Assembly (NCBI RefSeq): GCF_006345805.1
Contig: NC_042999.1
Coordinates: 105,338,001 to 105,402,000, forward strand
Length of the DNA: 64,000 nt
DNA from: Octopus sinensis
Taxonomy: Eukaryota
Direction of reading: 5' to 3'
This document shows positions 52,118 to 64,000 of this stretch, in pieces; the stretch's first letter is position 1, and the number at the start of each line of letters is the position of its first letter. The notes beneath the pieces are model-generated. The model was not told where the DNA came from. It worked only from the letters and a program-made list of their open reading frames with translations, and searched no databases. A program made the translations under genes and the position numbers.

Positions 52118-52503
52118 GTGGCGAGCTGGTAGAAACGTTAGCATACCGGGCGAAATGCTTAGCAATATTTCGTCTGCCGCTACGTTCTGATTTCAAATTC
52201 CGCCGAGGTCGACTTTGCCTTTCATCCTTTCGGGGACGATTAAATAAGTACCAGTTACGCAATGGGGTCGATATAAGCGACTTAATCCGTTTCTCTGTCC
52301 TTGTTTGTTCCCTCTGTGTTGTGGGTAGTAAAAAAATAGGTATTTCGTCTGCTTTTACATTGTGCGTTCTAAATCCTCCGGGGTCGACTTTGTCTTTCAT
52401 CTTTTCGGGGTCTATAAATTAAGTACCAGCTGCGTACTGGAGTTGATCTAATTGGCTCCCTCTCCCAAAATTTTGGGCCTTGTGCCTAGAGTAGAAAAGA
52501 ATA
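52118..52503 (+). mobile_element. Two tandem family A SINEs (second is 5'-truncated)
   Basis: gcgagctggtagaaacgttagc...ccgaggtcgactttgcctttcatcc; core repeated at about 52341-52503. Confidence 0.88.
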
Positions 52504-52748
52504 TGTCGGGAAATGTCAATAGGTTTTCCTAAATTTTTATGGATTTTTCTGCATTAATGCAAAGATAGATAAATTCTTTAGTACAGTTTACGTTCCAATG
52601 TTAACAATTCTCAAAGTAAATTCCGGTCCTGAGAATTTCAAACGGTGTAGACTTTTAAAGCATGTGACAAACAATTGAATCAAAATGCGTATCGGATCCA
52701 AAGATTCAATAAAACAAGAAAATACGATTAAACAGTTATATTTCTATC

Positions 52749-52749
<1 letters not shown>

Positions 52750-52834
<85 letters not shown>

Positions 52835-52870
52835 GTATCTGTCTATCTATTTATCTATTTATCTATTTAT

Positions 52871-52902
<32 letters not shown>

Positions 52903-52924
52903 TTATTTATCTATTTATCTATCT
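52750..52924. repeat. (CTAT)n microsatellite
   Basis: Direct reading. Confidence 0.97.
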
Positions 52925-53428
52925 ACATGCATACATACATGAATGCACACACAAACATGTATATATAATAACGGCATAATGTGTATTATATCCTATTACG
53001 TACAACTGATTACTATTACTATACACACAATGTGTACAATCCACTTAGTATTTCATGTTAGGAAAGAAAACCAGACACTACAAAACAAACCATGATACAC
53101 CGACTGAATTGTTTCTCAAACAATTATGAAAAAAACAGTTTAATGTAATAGGCTTCTGTATCTTGTCAGTACAAGGCAAACAATGAAATAGTTTGACGCA
53201 TATTTCACAAATTTATTTAAATATGAAGGAAATGTAAGACGAATAATATTGATAGAGCTGCATAGTATATAAATCAGACTCGGCAACGACAAAGCTAAAG
53301 GAGATCTGACATTTAAAAGTACAGATAAATTTATAATTGTGTAAGGAATAAAGTGCTAAATAGATAGAGTTTACAGGCTGGACGAAAAAAAGTATATTTG
53401 CTCGAATGTATGCACATACATACATACA

Positions 53429-53482
<54 letters not shown>

Positions 53483-53509
53483 ATATATTGACCACTAGCT
53501 ACAAAATAT

Positions 53510-53650
53510 TTTTTATTCTCTGTCTGTATATTTGATCGTATTCCTTTCTGTTTACGAACGTAGGCTAGAAACGTAAAATACTTTCTCATCTTCCCGTACG
53601 TTAAACGAATATACCTGTCTTCGCCTTTGTATTTCTGTAAATTAAAACTT
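53510..53650 (+). repeat. PLE-LTR-like repeat with decayed minimal HHR (53544-53579), abutting (TA)n
   Basis: cttt-CTGTTTA-c-gaac gtag gcta-GAAACGTA-aaat. Confidence 0.65.
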
Positions 53651-53691
<41 letters not shown>

Positions 53692-53719
53692 ATGCATGCT
53701 TATTCACACCTACACACAC

Positions 53720-53756
<37 letters not shown>

Positions 53757-54250
53757 CATGCACAAATGCGTTTGTGTTTATACATTGCTACTTTATCCAT
53801 GCACATTTATATACGAGTGTATATCTCAATGTGTCTATATAATTTTTTATGCGTGTTCATCGGTATATAATACTCTACTTGTGTATTAAACTGTGTTTCC
53901 TTCTTGCCAATGTGTTTACTTTCAGATTGTTAATATAAAATTTCCATGTATTTGATCCTTGAATTTTTTTTTCCAATTGTACATTGAGTAGTCATGTGTG
54001 AAGGTCACACTACCATTATTATTGGCAACTTTATTGATTTAAGTACAATATAATTATATTAAGCACTTTTCTATGAAATATATTTGCTTCTGCGTAATGG
54101 TTTACCCTATAGAAACGTAAGTAAAAATCGAAATAATACGAAAGATCACTACAGATCTTTCATTCTGGGAGAAATATTGTGAATTCACACACATACGCAC
54201 ACACATGGCCACACAGAAAGAATTTGTAATTTGCCTAGAATACATATATA

Positions 54251-54670
54251 GGCCCAAGCGTGTGTGTGTAGTAAGAAGTTTGCTTCTCACCACATGGTTC
54301 TGGGTTTAATCCCACCGCATGGTAGCTCGGTCATGTGTCTTCTACTCGAGACTGCGATTGACCAAAGCGTTGTGAGTGTATTTGGTAGACGGAAACTGAA
54401 AGAATCCCGTCGTATATATATGTCTGTGTTTGCGTGTGAGCGTGGCTGTGTATTCTTGTGTGTCGCTGTTTCTGTTTATTCTTCCCCTACTGCTTGACAA
54501 CCGGTGTTGGTCGTTTTATGTTCCTGTTACCTAGCGGTTCACTAAAATAAGCCGTTGGAAGAAGTACCAAGCTTGTACTGGTGTCAATTCAATCGTCTAC
54601 AATTGTTCAAGTCGTTGCTCCTGCATGGCCGCAGTTTATTGACTGAAAGGTGTATGAGATAAAAGTTAAA
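54251..54670 (+). mobile_element. SINE family B head plus the associated 3' module
   Basis: ggcccaagcgtgtgtgtgtagtaagaagtttgc...ggtagacggaaactgaaagaatcccgtcg; cttgacaaccggtgttgg... Confidence 0.75.
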
Positions 54671-55249
54671 GTATATATACATTAAAATAATGCGTGATTT
54701 GCCTACTAGGATTCTGAGAAATTACTTATTTGTAGGGAATATCGTGCGCACAATATCTAACACCACCGGATTCAATTTCTCATTTTTCTCTAATGGATTT
54801 TTCGTTTATATGGCGCTAAAAATATAATATATTAAAGGCAAATGAAGTGATAACATACTGCGATAATTTCTGAATTCGAAGATTGGAAACTGTCAGTAAA
54901 ATCTAGAAAAGCTGAGTAGAAATGCACGGGTCTAATTCGAAGACCATAACAATATACAATAGGAACACTAAAACAACTAAAATTTAATACATAATAATAC
55001 ATAATTCGTCCGTTTTTAAGTTCTGATTATAAAGTGCGCCGAAGTCGACGTTGCCTTTCGTCACTTGAATAAAATAATTACCTGCTGATCACTGGGTTTA
55101 ATGTAATAGACTTATATGCCTCCTCGAACTTGATGGGATTGAACCAAAGTTTGAAACTAATATAAAATAATTAAATATATGAAATATATAACAATAACTA
55201 AACATATAATAATAAATCAATAATAATCCTCCGAACAACATGAACAGTG

Positions 55250-55590
55250 CTAAAATTTGGGGGAGAATGTACGTGACAATGCCTAGAATTTTGATTATGT
55301 TGACCTTCGGGGATTACTGCTAGTAATTTTTACGAGCCTGAAAGAATTAGTGGCAAAGTAGATCTCGTAGGAATTTAAACACAGAATATACAGATGAACG
55401 AATGCCAGCACGCCGCCTTTCAAAATGCATTATGATAATACTGGCCCAAAATCAGCAATTCCAGGGGAGAGTTACATGGACACCAGTAACTTTATAAGAC
55501 CAAGTCGACCTCGGAGGAATTTGAACTCAGAACGTCAAGACGGACGAAATGCCGCTAAACGTATTGCGCGGTCTGCTAACGATTCTGGCA
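55250..55590 (-). mobile_element. Two degraded family A SINEs
   Basis: caagtcgacctcggaggaatttgaactcagaacgtcaagacggacgaaatgccgctaaac. Confidence 0.75.
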
Positions 55591-55689
55591 CCTTGCCAAC
55601 TTAGATGTATAATGATAATATTAATGATAATGATAATTAAAGCTATATGTAAATTAGAAAGTAAAAGAAAAATATCCTTCTGGAATATA

Positions 55690-56410
55690 CGAATCAATAC
55701 CTGCAGTTTCAAAGCATGGAAAACGCTAGATAACTTACTTAGATATGTAGCATGTCAAAGCCTGTGCTGACAACTAAACGAATACAAAAATCTCCACGAT
55801 AGGGCAGGACAGTATTTACATTGGAAACTATGTAAACAGTAAAAAATCAGCTGTCCTGCTTACTAGTATGAACATCATCCTGAGTCAGTCGCTGAAGGAA
55901 AAAAATGTCACTAAGCTGAGGGCTGTTCTACTCAACACTGACAGAACGATCAAGGCTAATCAACTCGACATGATTATTAAAGACAAGGAAGAAAATCGTT
56001 GTACACTAATAGATATAATCTTTTCCATTGTAAGGGAATTCGACAAACTGGGTAAAAGGAAGGACCTGGAAATTGAAATAAAAATGATGTGGCATCTTAA
56101 AGCGAAAAGTGTTTCTGTTATTATAGTTGCCCTAGGTATGATAAAAATGGGATTTCAGGAACATCTAGATAAGTTCCCAGGAAAAATATGTCTCAGAGAA
56201 AGCCAAAAGATTGTACTGACAAGTACGCCCACTTACTTAGAAAAACTCTATCCATTTAAATGTCTATGTTGTATTCCATGAGGGTATTTTATTTACTTCC
56301 CCATCTCCAAGCTTTCAGTCATAATGTAACAACTCATATTCTTCACTCACCCCAGGACGCAGGGTGTGTCTCGGCAAGTGACTGTAACAAACATGCAGAT
56401 CAAAAGTAAA
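55690..56410 (+). mobile_element. Dong/R4-type REL retrotransposon, degraded 3' fragment 1
   Basis: HDRAGQYLHWKLC, TDRTIKANQLDMIIKDKEENRCTLIDI, KDLEIEIKMMWHLK; ends in (TGA)(TAA)n. Confidence 0.8.
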
Positions 56411-56422
56411 ATGATGATGATG

Positions 56423-56476
<54 letters not shown>

Positions 56477-56479
56477 TAA

Positions 56480-56997
56480 TAATAATTTTGGTAGAAAGAA
56501 ACAGAAAGAAGATGCGTGATAATCAACATAGCATGCTTCGGTGAACATTGGATGAAAGAGAAAGAAAACGAGAAACTAAACAGCTATGAGGATCTGGAGT
56601 AGGAAATACGAAGGTTGGGGTCAATGAGGATAGTAGATATGGTACCAATTGTAATTGGCGCATTTGGAATTATCAGTACTCAACTACCATTATAGTTCAA
56701 AAAGATTAGTACAAATGCAGGCCGAAGAGGATTAACATCAGTAGAAGACTGCGTGGAATTAGCTGGATAGATATGGATAGTAACCGGTGCACTTGGAAGT
56801 ACCAGCATGGGTCAAAGTGATTGGTACAAATGTACAGATAGAACACCTACAAAAATCAGCATTGCTTGGAACTGCAAAAATTCTTCACAGGTGTCTTGAA
56901 TGATGACCAGTAAACAAGTCTCGCTTTAGTGTGATGGCTGTGGACAGCTGGCACTTTCCATCATATCCAGCAGAATAAGCTGTGAGTGTGCATCAAA
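56480..56997 (+). mobile_element. Dong/R4-type REL retrotransposon, degraded 3' fragment 2
   Basis: EKLNSYEDL, VPIVIGAFG, QKISIAWNCKNS-like C-terminus plus 3'UTR, between (TAA)n tracts. Confidence 0.65.
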
Positions 56998-57011
56998 TAA
57001 TAACAATAATA

Positions 57012-57051
<40 letters not shown>

Positions 57052-57055
57052 TAAA

Positions 57056-58910
57056 AATTCATAGGGCACTCTATGATTAAATGGAAACAAAAGAGGGACT
57101 CATGAAAACCAAAGACATCCCCATTAGAAAAGGAATATTCCAGGGAGACACGCTCTCTCCACTCCTTTTCTGCTTGGCACTGTCACCTCTATCTGATATA
57201 CTAAATAGAACTGGATGCGGATATAAATGTTACGGCAAAACGATCAGCCACCTTTTATATATGGATGACCTAAAACTATACGCTGCAAATGACAAACAGC
57301 TGGAAACACTATTAAAGACAGTTCATGGATTTACCAAAGAAATAGATATCAAATTTGGATTAGAAAAATGCGCCAAAGTAACCATGAAAAGAGGAAAACT
57401 AGTTAAGAGTAGTAACATCACACTAGATAATACCAATGAAATAAAATAATTACACCAAAGCCAAACTTACAAATACTTAGGAATCCATGAACTAGATAAG
57501 ACACAACACACACAAATGAAAGAGAAAATAAAAAAAGAATATTATAGACGAGTTAGATCAATACTAAAAACAGAGCTCAATGCTAGAAACAAGATAATAG
57601 GTATTAACACTTTAGCTGTCCCAGTTATAAGTTACAGCTACAATATCCTTAACTGGACACGAAATGAACTGACCCAAATAGATAGGAAAACAAGAAAAAT
57701 AATGACAGGATCTAGGATACATCACCCAAAATCTGACATAGAAAGACTATATATACAACGTATAGAAGGTGGTAGATGCCTTATACAACTGGAAAACTAC
57801 TATAAAATAACCACCATAGGACTGCAAAGATATCTACTTCAGAAGGAAGGAAAACTGATACAAATAGCGGCAAAACACGAACAAAACAAAAAACTGTTCT
57901 CAGTATTTAAGGAAGCTGACAAATGCAAACAAGAAATCATACCACCTAATAAATATGAAGAAGAAGAAGAAGATGAAGAAACAACAAAAGCTATAAAACA
58001 AATGAAACCCAAACTAAAAATAGAACAGCAACGAATCATGATAAAACGATGGAAGAAAAAGTCCTTCATGGTAAATACTGGACTAACTAAACGCAAAAGG
58101 AATAGAGAAAGAAAATCCCAGCAATGGTTGAGAAGCTCAGGACTCAAAGCAGAAACGAGGGATTTTTAATTGCAGCACAAGACCAAAGCCTCCCCACCAG
58201 AAATTACCAAAACCATGTAATGAAAAGAAATATTACGAGTAACTGCAGAATATGTGGAGATGGACAAGAAACAATAAATCATATTATCTCTAGCTGCCCA
58301 GTCCTGGCTAAGAAGGAATATATTCACAGACATGACAGATTTGGATCCTACATACATTGGAAGCTATGCCAACATTATGGAATAACAACAGAAAAAAGAT
58401 GGTATAGGCACACACCAGAAAAGGTCACAGAAAACAAGAAAGCAACCATACTCTGGGATATGCCGATACACACAGATAGAGAAATTAAGGCCAACAGACC
58501 AGATATAGTTGTTAGAAATCCTGAAGAAAAAAAATGCTTTCTAATTGATGTATCAATACCGGCAGATGACAACGTGTCTCTAAAAGAAATGGAGAAACTT
58601 TCAAAATACAAAGACCTGGAAATAGAGGTAAACAGAATGTGGAATCTGAAAACATAAACAATTCCTATCATAGTAGGTGCATTAGGCATGATAAAAAAAT
58701 ATTCAGACAAATACAGAAGAAAAACACCAGGACTTACAAACACATATAACATGCAGAAAATTGCACTACTAGGCACTGCACACATCCTACGCAGAACACT
58801 TTCCATACAATAACCATCAGAGCATCACAACAAATCACAGCACATACCCAAGGCACACAGAGCTGCGCTCGGTAGTGAAGTGAAAGCACGCTATAAAAAT
58901 AAAACTACTG
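57056..58910 (+). mobile_element. Dong/R4-clade non-LTR retrotransposon, 5'-truncated (RT second half + CCHC + REL endonuclease), few lesions
   Basis: KGIFQGDTLSPLLF, HLLYMDDLKLYA, CRICGDGQETINHIISSCP, RHD, NRPDIVV...LIDVSIP, EKLSKYKDL; (TAA)n on both sides. Confidence 0.93.
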
Positions 58911-60118
58911 AATAATAATAATAATAATATTTTGAATATCCACTGTATGTTGTTGGGATCGACGCTTCAACACATTTAATTACGATTTTCTTGAATAATC
59001 ACAATCTAAACAGAACATTGTAGAATATATTCTAAGGAGAAAAATAGTATCAATAATAATAATATGAAGATGTTTTATTTCTTACGATATTCATTTCCGA
59101 AATAGCATATATAAACAGGACGAGAGAACAACAATAGACCTTGTACAATAAAGCAGATCAAAGCGAAATTAAGTGGATGGTGCATGGCCATGGTTTTTAA
59201 TAAACCTCCCTGGATATTGAGACGATATAAAATATATATTAACGATTGAGGTAGTTTTAATACCGAGAGATAATATCCATACCCACATAAACGTGGCTGT
59301 TTCATTAAAACAAACTTTTCTGCGGTAGTTATGGTAAGAGAAATCTTTATATTGGTATTTTGGTGCAAAGTGCACTCTTCTTTATATCGCTAGTAGTGAA
59401 ATACTACTACCTCCAGCGCCGAGACCACCAGTTCACTTGGTTCGACCTTGTTTGGTCTTGTGAATGATGGATTCTCAACCTCGAGACAACAGTGATTCAT
59501 CACCCCACCAGTGATATATAGAATGACTGTGTTAGAAAAGGCGCTGCTGTTGCGATTAGCCAGTTAAGTTTTTAAAACATCTATATTAGCGACAAAAGCA
59601 GTATCCATATAGCGAAATAATATTTATCCCCACTTAAATGTGGATGCTCTATTAGAATGACCTTACAACGGTAGCTACCGTGAGAGAAATTCTCATATTG
59701 GCTTTCTGCAGTAAAATGCACACTTCTTTATATCGCTAGCGGAGAGATAACGCACTGCAGATGATATAACTAATTCAAGCCTAAATATCTAGGGCTCTAT
59801 GCTCGCAGAAAATGTGAAATAGTGGTTATACTCCTGTAACAAACCCAAATGCTACTCAAGGATCCCAGTCACAATGCTGATAGTGCTTTATCGGACAAAG
59901 TGTTAAACCGACACCTCTTGTAATATTAGAAACTATATAGCGTTCTGTAGTATTGTTTACCATTCAGTAAAATATTGACTCCCGGGATGAGTTGAGATCA
60001 GCCTTCATCAAGTTAACCAGGGACAAAACATCAATTAGTAACATGACAGTAATCGCATTTTAAATCGGGGTTAATATTCTCCAGTGTGGTCTTAAGTATT
60101 TTCAGAGTATAACGTGAG

Positions 60119-60136
60119 AAGAGAGAGAGGGAGATA

Positions 60137-60198
<62 letters not shown>
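60119..60198. repeat. (GA)n microsatellite
   Basis: Direct reading. Confidence 0.97.
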
Positions 60199-60201
<3 letters not shown>

Positions 60202-60922
60202 GGCTATTAATGATTGCAGGCCGAATATTGTAATAATCCATTGTATAGTCAAAGTGCAGGCCGGCATAAATGGTCTTGCACATCTTTATGGGCAATATGT
60301 TTCAGATTTGCCTAAACAGGGACATTAGAGAGTAACATATTTCGTATATTTTAACATTGAAAAGCCTCACAGGCAGGTGACATTAGTTGCTCCAATGCCC
60401 AGTGTCTACATCAATATTTTATAAACGCAGGAGCGATGGGGTTCTCGGTGAAAGCAGACGATGATCTGTATCGTTCCAAAACGTGAACTTTGGAAAGTCC
60501 CCCCACCACATCCAATGACTGATGTGTGTGATGTTGGAATTAATTTAAAGTAGAAAGTTAAACCAGTGAATATCAAACAGAAGATTTGTTATGATTAGTC
60601 ATTGGCAAGAGACCGAATGATAAACAATAGCAAGTCTTAAAAGTTTCGACGAGCTGAGGCTTATACCGTACAGATAAGTATGTGTCATAAATTACCAGTA
60701 ATAAATTGTATACAGAACCGTGATAACAATTTTAATTACGTTGTAATGAACATAAGTTTTCATATTGATTGTTGGATAAACTATATATTAGGATTTTAAT
60801 CATCCACACATGCATTATATTACAATGCATACATAGATTCATACATATATATACACAAACACACACACATACACACATATATATGCAAATGTATACATTT
60901 ATATATATATATAATATAAATA

Positions 60923-60981
<59 letters not shown>

Positions 60982-61282
60982 ATCTATCTATATATATACG
61001 CGTATATGTATATGTACATACATACATACATATATATATATATATCTGTAACACCGCATTGTTGGATGCAGATTCTTTATTTGTGTATTAATGCTACCAT
61101 TGGTTTCACATAAGAAATGTCTTAACAATTTTTGAAGGCAATCAATTGGTGAAATTTGTTTTTGTGAAAAAAGATGAGATGAACATTAATTTCTCCATGT
61201 GATCAGCTTGAAAATTGTTAAGATATTTTCTTAACATGAAACCAATGGTGGTCTCAAAAATAAAGTACATATGTATGTATGC

Positions 61283-61364
<82 letters not shown>

Positions 61365-61734
61365 CATATGTATGTACGTATGTATGTGCGTTCGTGTGTA
61401 TGTGTGTGTGTAAATATGTACATATGTATGTCTGTATATATGATATTAATGGGTCAGTCGATTGATCATGCTACAAGCAGATGGTTATTCTCTAGCTTAA
61501 GCATAGCTGGTATACAAAATAATGATGACCCGATAATTAATTAATAGAATAATTTCTAATTAATACATGTAATGCAGTTCCTTCTAAGTAGAAATTAGAC
61601 GGAAAATGTCGTTGAATGTTGCTATAAAACTGTATGTAAGTATGTATGTATATAAATAGATTCATGTCTGTATGTATTCGTGCGTGTGTTTATGAAGAAC
61701 TTTCCAGTCTAGAGATGCCTACACAATCATCCTT

Positions 61735-62266
61735 CTCTACTCTAATTTTGCCCGGTGCCACCTTAAGTACTGTTGCCCATTCATTATAGGAGTAGTAACA
61801 GAGACGGCATGAGAGGCACTGATTATTGTGGTCGACTAAAAAAACTCAATCTCTACTGTCGGTAACGCTACATCGTTTGTGTTATGTGGAACATATTCCA
61901 TCAGTATTGCACAAATGCTGTTGGCATCAATTTTAAAATCAATCCAAGACATCGCCCCCATGCTATACGCCCACTACAAAAATCGAACTCGGTACACATA
62001 GCATCATTACTTCACAGTTCCTTTACCTCAATCGGTCCACACAAAACTACATCAAAACGGAATCGGATCCCATAAAATTCAAATGTTCACTGGAGAAATT
62101 TCTTCAAAAATCCCGGAGGAACTTCCTACACAAGGATATGTCTCCAACAATAATAGCGCTTTGTAAGAGTGAGCTATGTTTATCCATGTTTGACTAAAAG
62201 TTTTCACCAGGTGGTGGTAATGAGTTAGACATGGCCTGGGCTTATACTGGCCGAAAACTATCAAGT

Positions 62267-62270
<4 letters not shown>
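61735..62270 (+). mobile_element. CR1/L2/Jockey-group LINE 3' end, degraded
   Basis: DYCGRLKKLNLY, MWNIFHQYCTNAVGINFKINPRHRPHAIRPLQKS, KFKCSLEKFLQKIPE. Confidence 0.8.
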
Positions 62271-62310
<40 letters not shown>

Positions 62311-62319
62311 ATATATATA

Positions 62320-62473
62320 GGCGCAGGAGTTGCTGTGTGGTAGGTAGCATGCTTACCAACCACATAGTTCCGGATTCAGTCCCACTGCGTGGCATCTTAT
62401 TTCTACTATAGACTTGGCCGACCAAAGACTTGTGAGTGGATTTGGTAGACGAAACAGAAAGATGCATGTCTTA

Positions 62474-62540
<67 letters not shown>

Positions 62541-62770
62541 GTGTGTGTACGTATATATTTGTGTGTCTGTGTTTGACCCCCCTAATATCGCTTGACAACC
62601 GTTTCTGGTGTGTTTACGTCCCCGTAACTTAGCGGTTCCGCCAAAGAGATCGATAGAATAAGTACGAGGCCTAAAAAGAATAAGTCCTGGGGTCGATTTG
62701 CGATTTGCTCGACTAAAGCGGTGTTCCAGCATGGCTGCATTCAAATGACTGAAATAAGTAAAACAGAGTA
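62320..62770 (+). mobile_element. SINE family B plus 3' module, interrupted by (TA)n
   Basis: ggcgcaggagttgctgtgtggtagg...ggattcagtcccactgcgtggc. Confidence 0.85.
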
Positions 62771-62785
62771 AATATATATATATAT

Positions 62786-62874
<89 letters not shown>

Positions 62875-63365
62875 CAAAACACTTTGATTCATATATTTCC
62901 AGTAGCCAGTGGCGAAAGGATCCATAAAGGACCTGCGAAAGTTGAAGTACCAAATATGTTGAGAGACCTTTCTTTTGTTTGTCCACTCATTCATATATTT
63001 ATATCATGGATATACACTCACACAAAGACACGCATATGTATATATTTATATATGAATATTTGCAAGAATATATACGCATCCGTTTGATTACGTTTGTTAC
63101 GTCTTGTTATAGCTGGGTAATACTGGATTCCTTCTTATCTAGTAGATTTCTTTAACGGTGATATCCATATATTATCAGATTTATGAAATATTTATTCGCT
63201 GCAGGGTTTCAAATGCCATGCGTTTGAAATTACATACATATCACTATATGCTGACGCAGATGCTTATATCCTATGTGATATAAAACAGAATACATAAATA
63301 AATAAAGATGTTGAGCAAAAGACGATATGTGAAATTTTAATGTTTCTCTGATAGACTGACATATA

Positions 63366-64000
63366 CGAGGGGCATTCAATAAGTAATGCCCCTGACCCAC
63401 TTCCCATAGCAGTAGAGAAACGAAACTTGGCACAGCTATTAGTCTTTTTCTACATAGGAACCACCCAGAGTTACGCATTTCTCCCATCGTTTGATGCAGC
63501 TCTGAAGACCGTTTTTGTAGAAGACCCCAGCTTGGTCCTCCAACCACGACGTGACTTCAGAAATCAAGGCTGCATCCTCTGGGAAACGCTTCCCTTTCAA
63601 AAACACCTTCATGGCTGGGAAGAGGTGAAAATCAGAGGGTGCAGGTCAGGCGAGTAGGGAGAGTGGGGGATGAGTTCATAGCCGCACGCCTGTGCTTCTG
63701 ATCTGGCGACACGCGAGTTGTGGATCGGAGCGTTGTCCTGCAGGAGGAGGATGCCTTTGCTGATCTTGCCCCACCTCTTGATTTTGATAGCTTCTCATAA
63801 TTTCCTCAAAAGTGAAGCATAATAGACACCTGTAATTGTGGCACCCTTTGCCAAGAAATCTGTCATCACTACTCCGTCCTGGTCCCAGAAGACTGTGAGC
63901 ATGACCTTGCCAGCGGAGGGCTGCACCCTTGCCTTCTTTGGAGGAGGTGAGTCACGGTGCTTCCACTGCATTGACTGGGCTTTGGTCTCTGGATCATCGT
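63366..64000 (-). mobile_element. Mariner (DD34D) transposon, 3' half; runs off the window
   Basis: TIR cgaggggcattcaataagtaatgcc after TA; minus strand PSAGKVMLTVFWD, LLLQDNAPIH, HSPYSPDL.PSDFHLF. Confidence 0.93.

Noticed and set aside
59323-59740. Diverged direct repeat of about 75 bp (59323-59395 and about 59666-59740)
   Set aside because: Too diverged, with no termini or coding signal to interpret

Overview
AT-rich, microsatellite-dense metazoan genomic DNA. The SINE families and repeat landscape look like Octopus/cephalopod (my recognition of the sequences, not a database result). No host protein-coding gene could be called with confidence; nearly all ORF-track entries are microsatellite or antisense artefacts. 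Mobile content: a near-full-length but disrupted RTE LINE (1-3537), an RT-deleted RTE (40.3-42.2 kb), a tandem cluster of Dong/R4-type REL retrotransposon 3' fragments inserted in (TAA)n (55.7-58.9 kb), CR1/L2-like 3' ends, three mariner and one Tc1 relic, many tRNA-derived SINEs, and Penelope-like (PLE) GIY-YIG/RT fragments. The main signal is non-coding: at least 11 type I hammerhead ribozyme (HHR) motifs from several unrelated families. Three have an intact canonical core (23012-23070 minus, 23635-23725 minus, 49760-49859 plus). They sit in two striking architectures. (i) A non-coding 592-nt unit with 92-nt terminal redundancy, flanked by (TA)n (49364-50047), resembling a retrozyme or circular-RNA-derived insertion. 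(ii) Fold-back palindromes carrying an HHR on each strand (23606-23974, 27417-28085); in the younger one the only difference between the 152-bp arms is the catalytic G5->A. Ribozyme activity, transcription and novelty are inferred, not shown.
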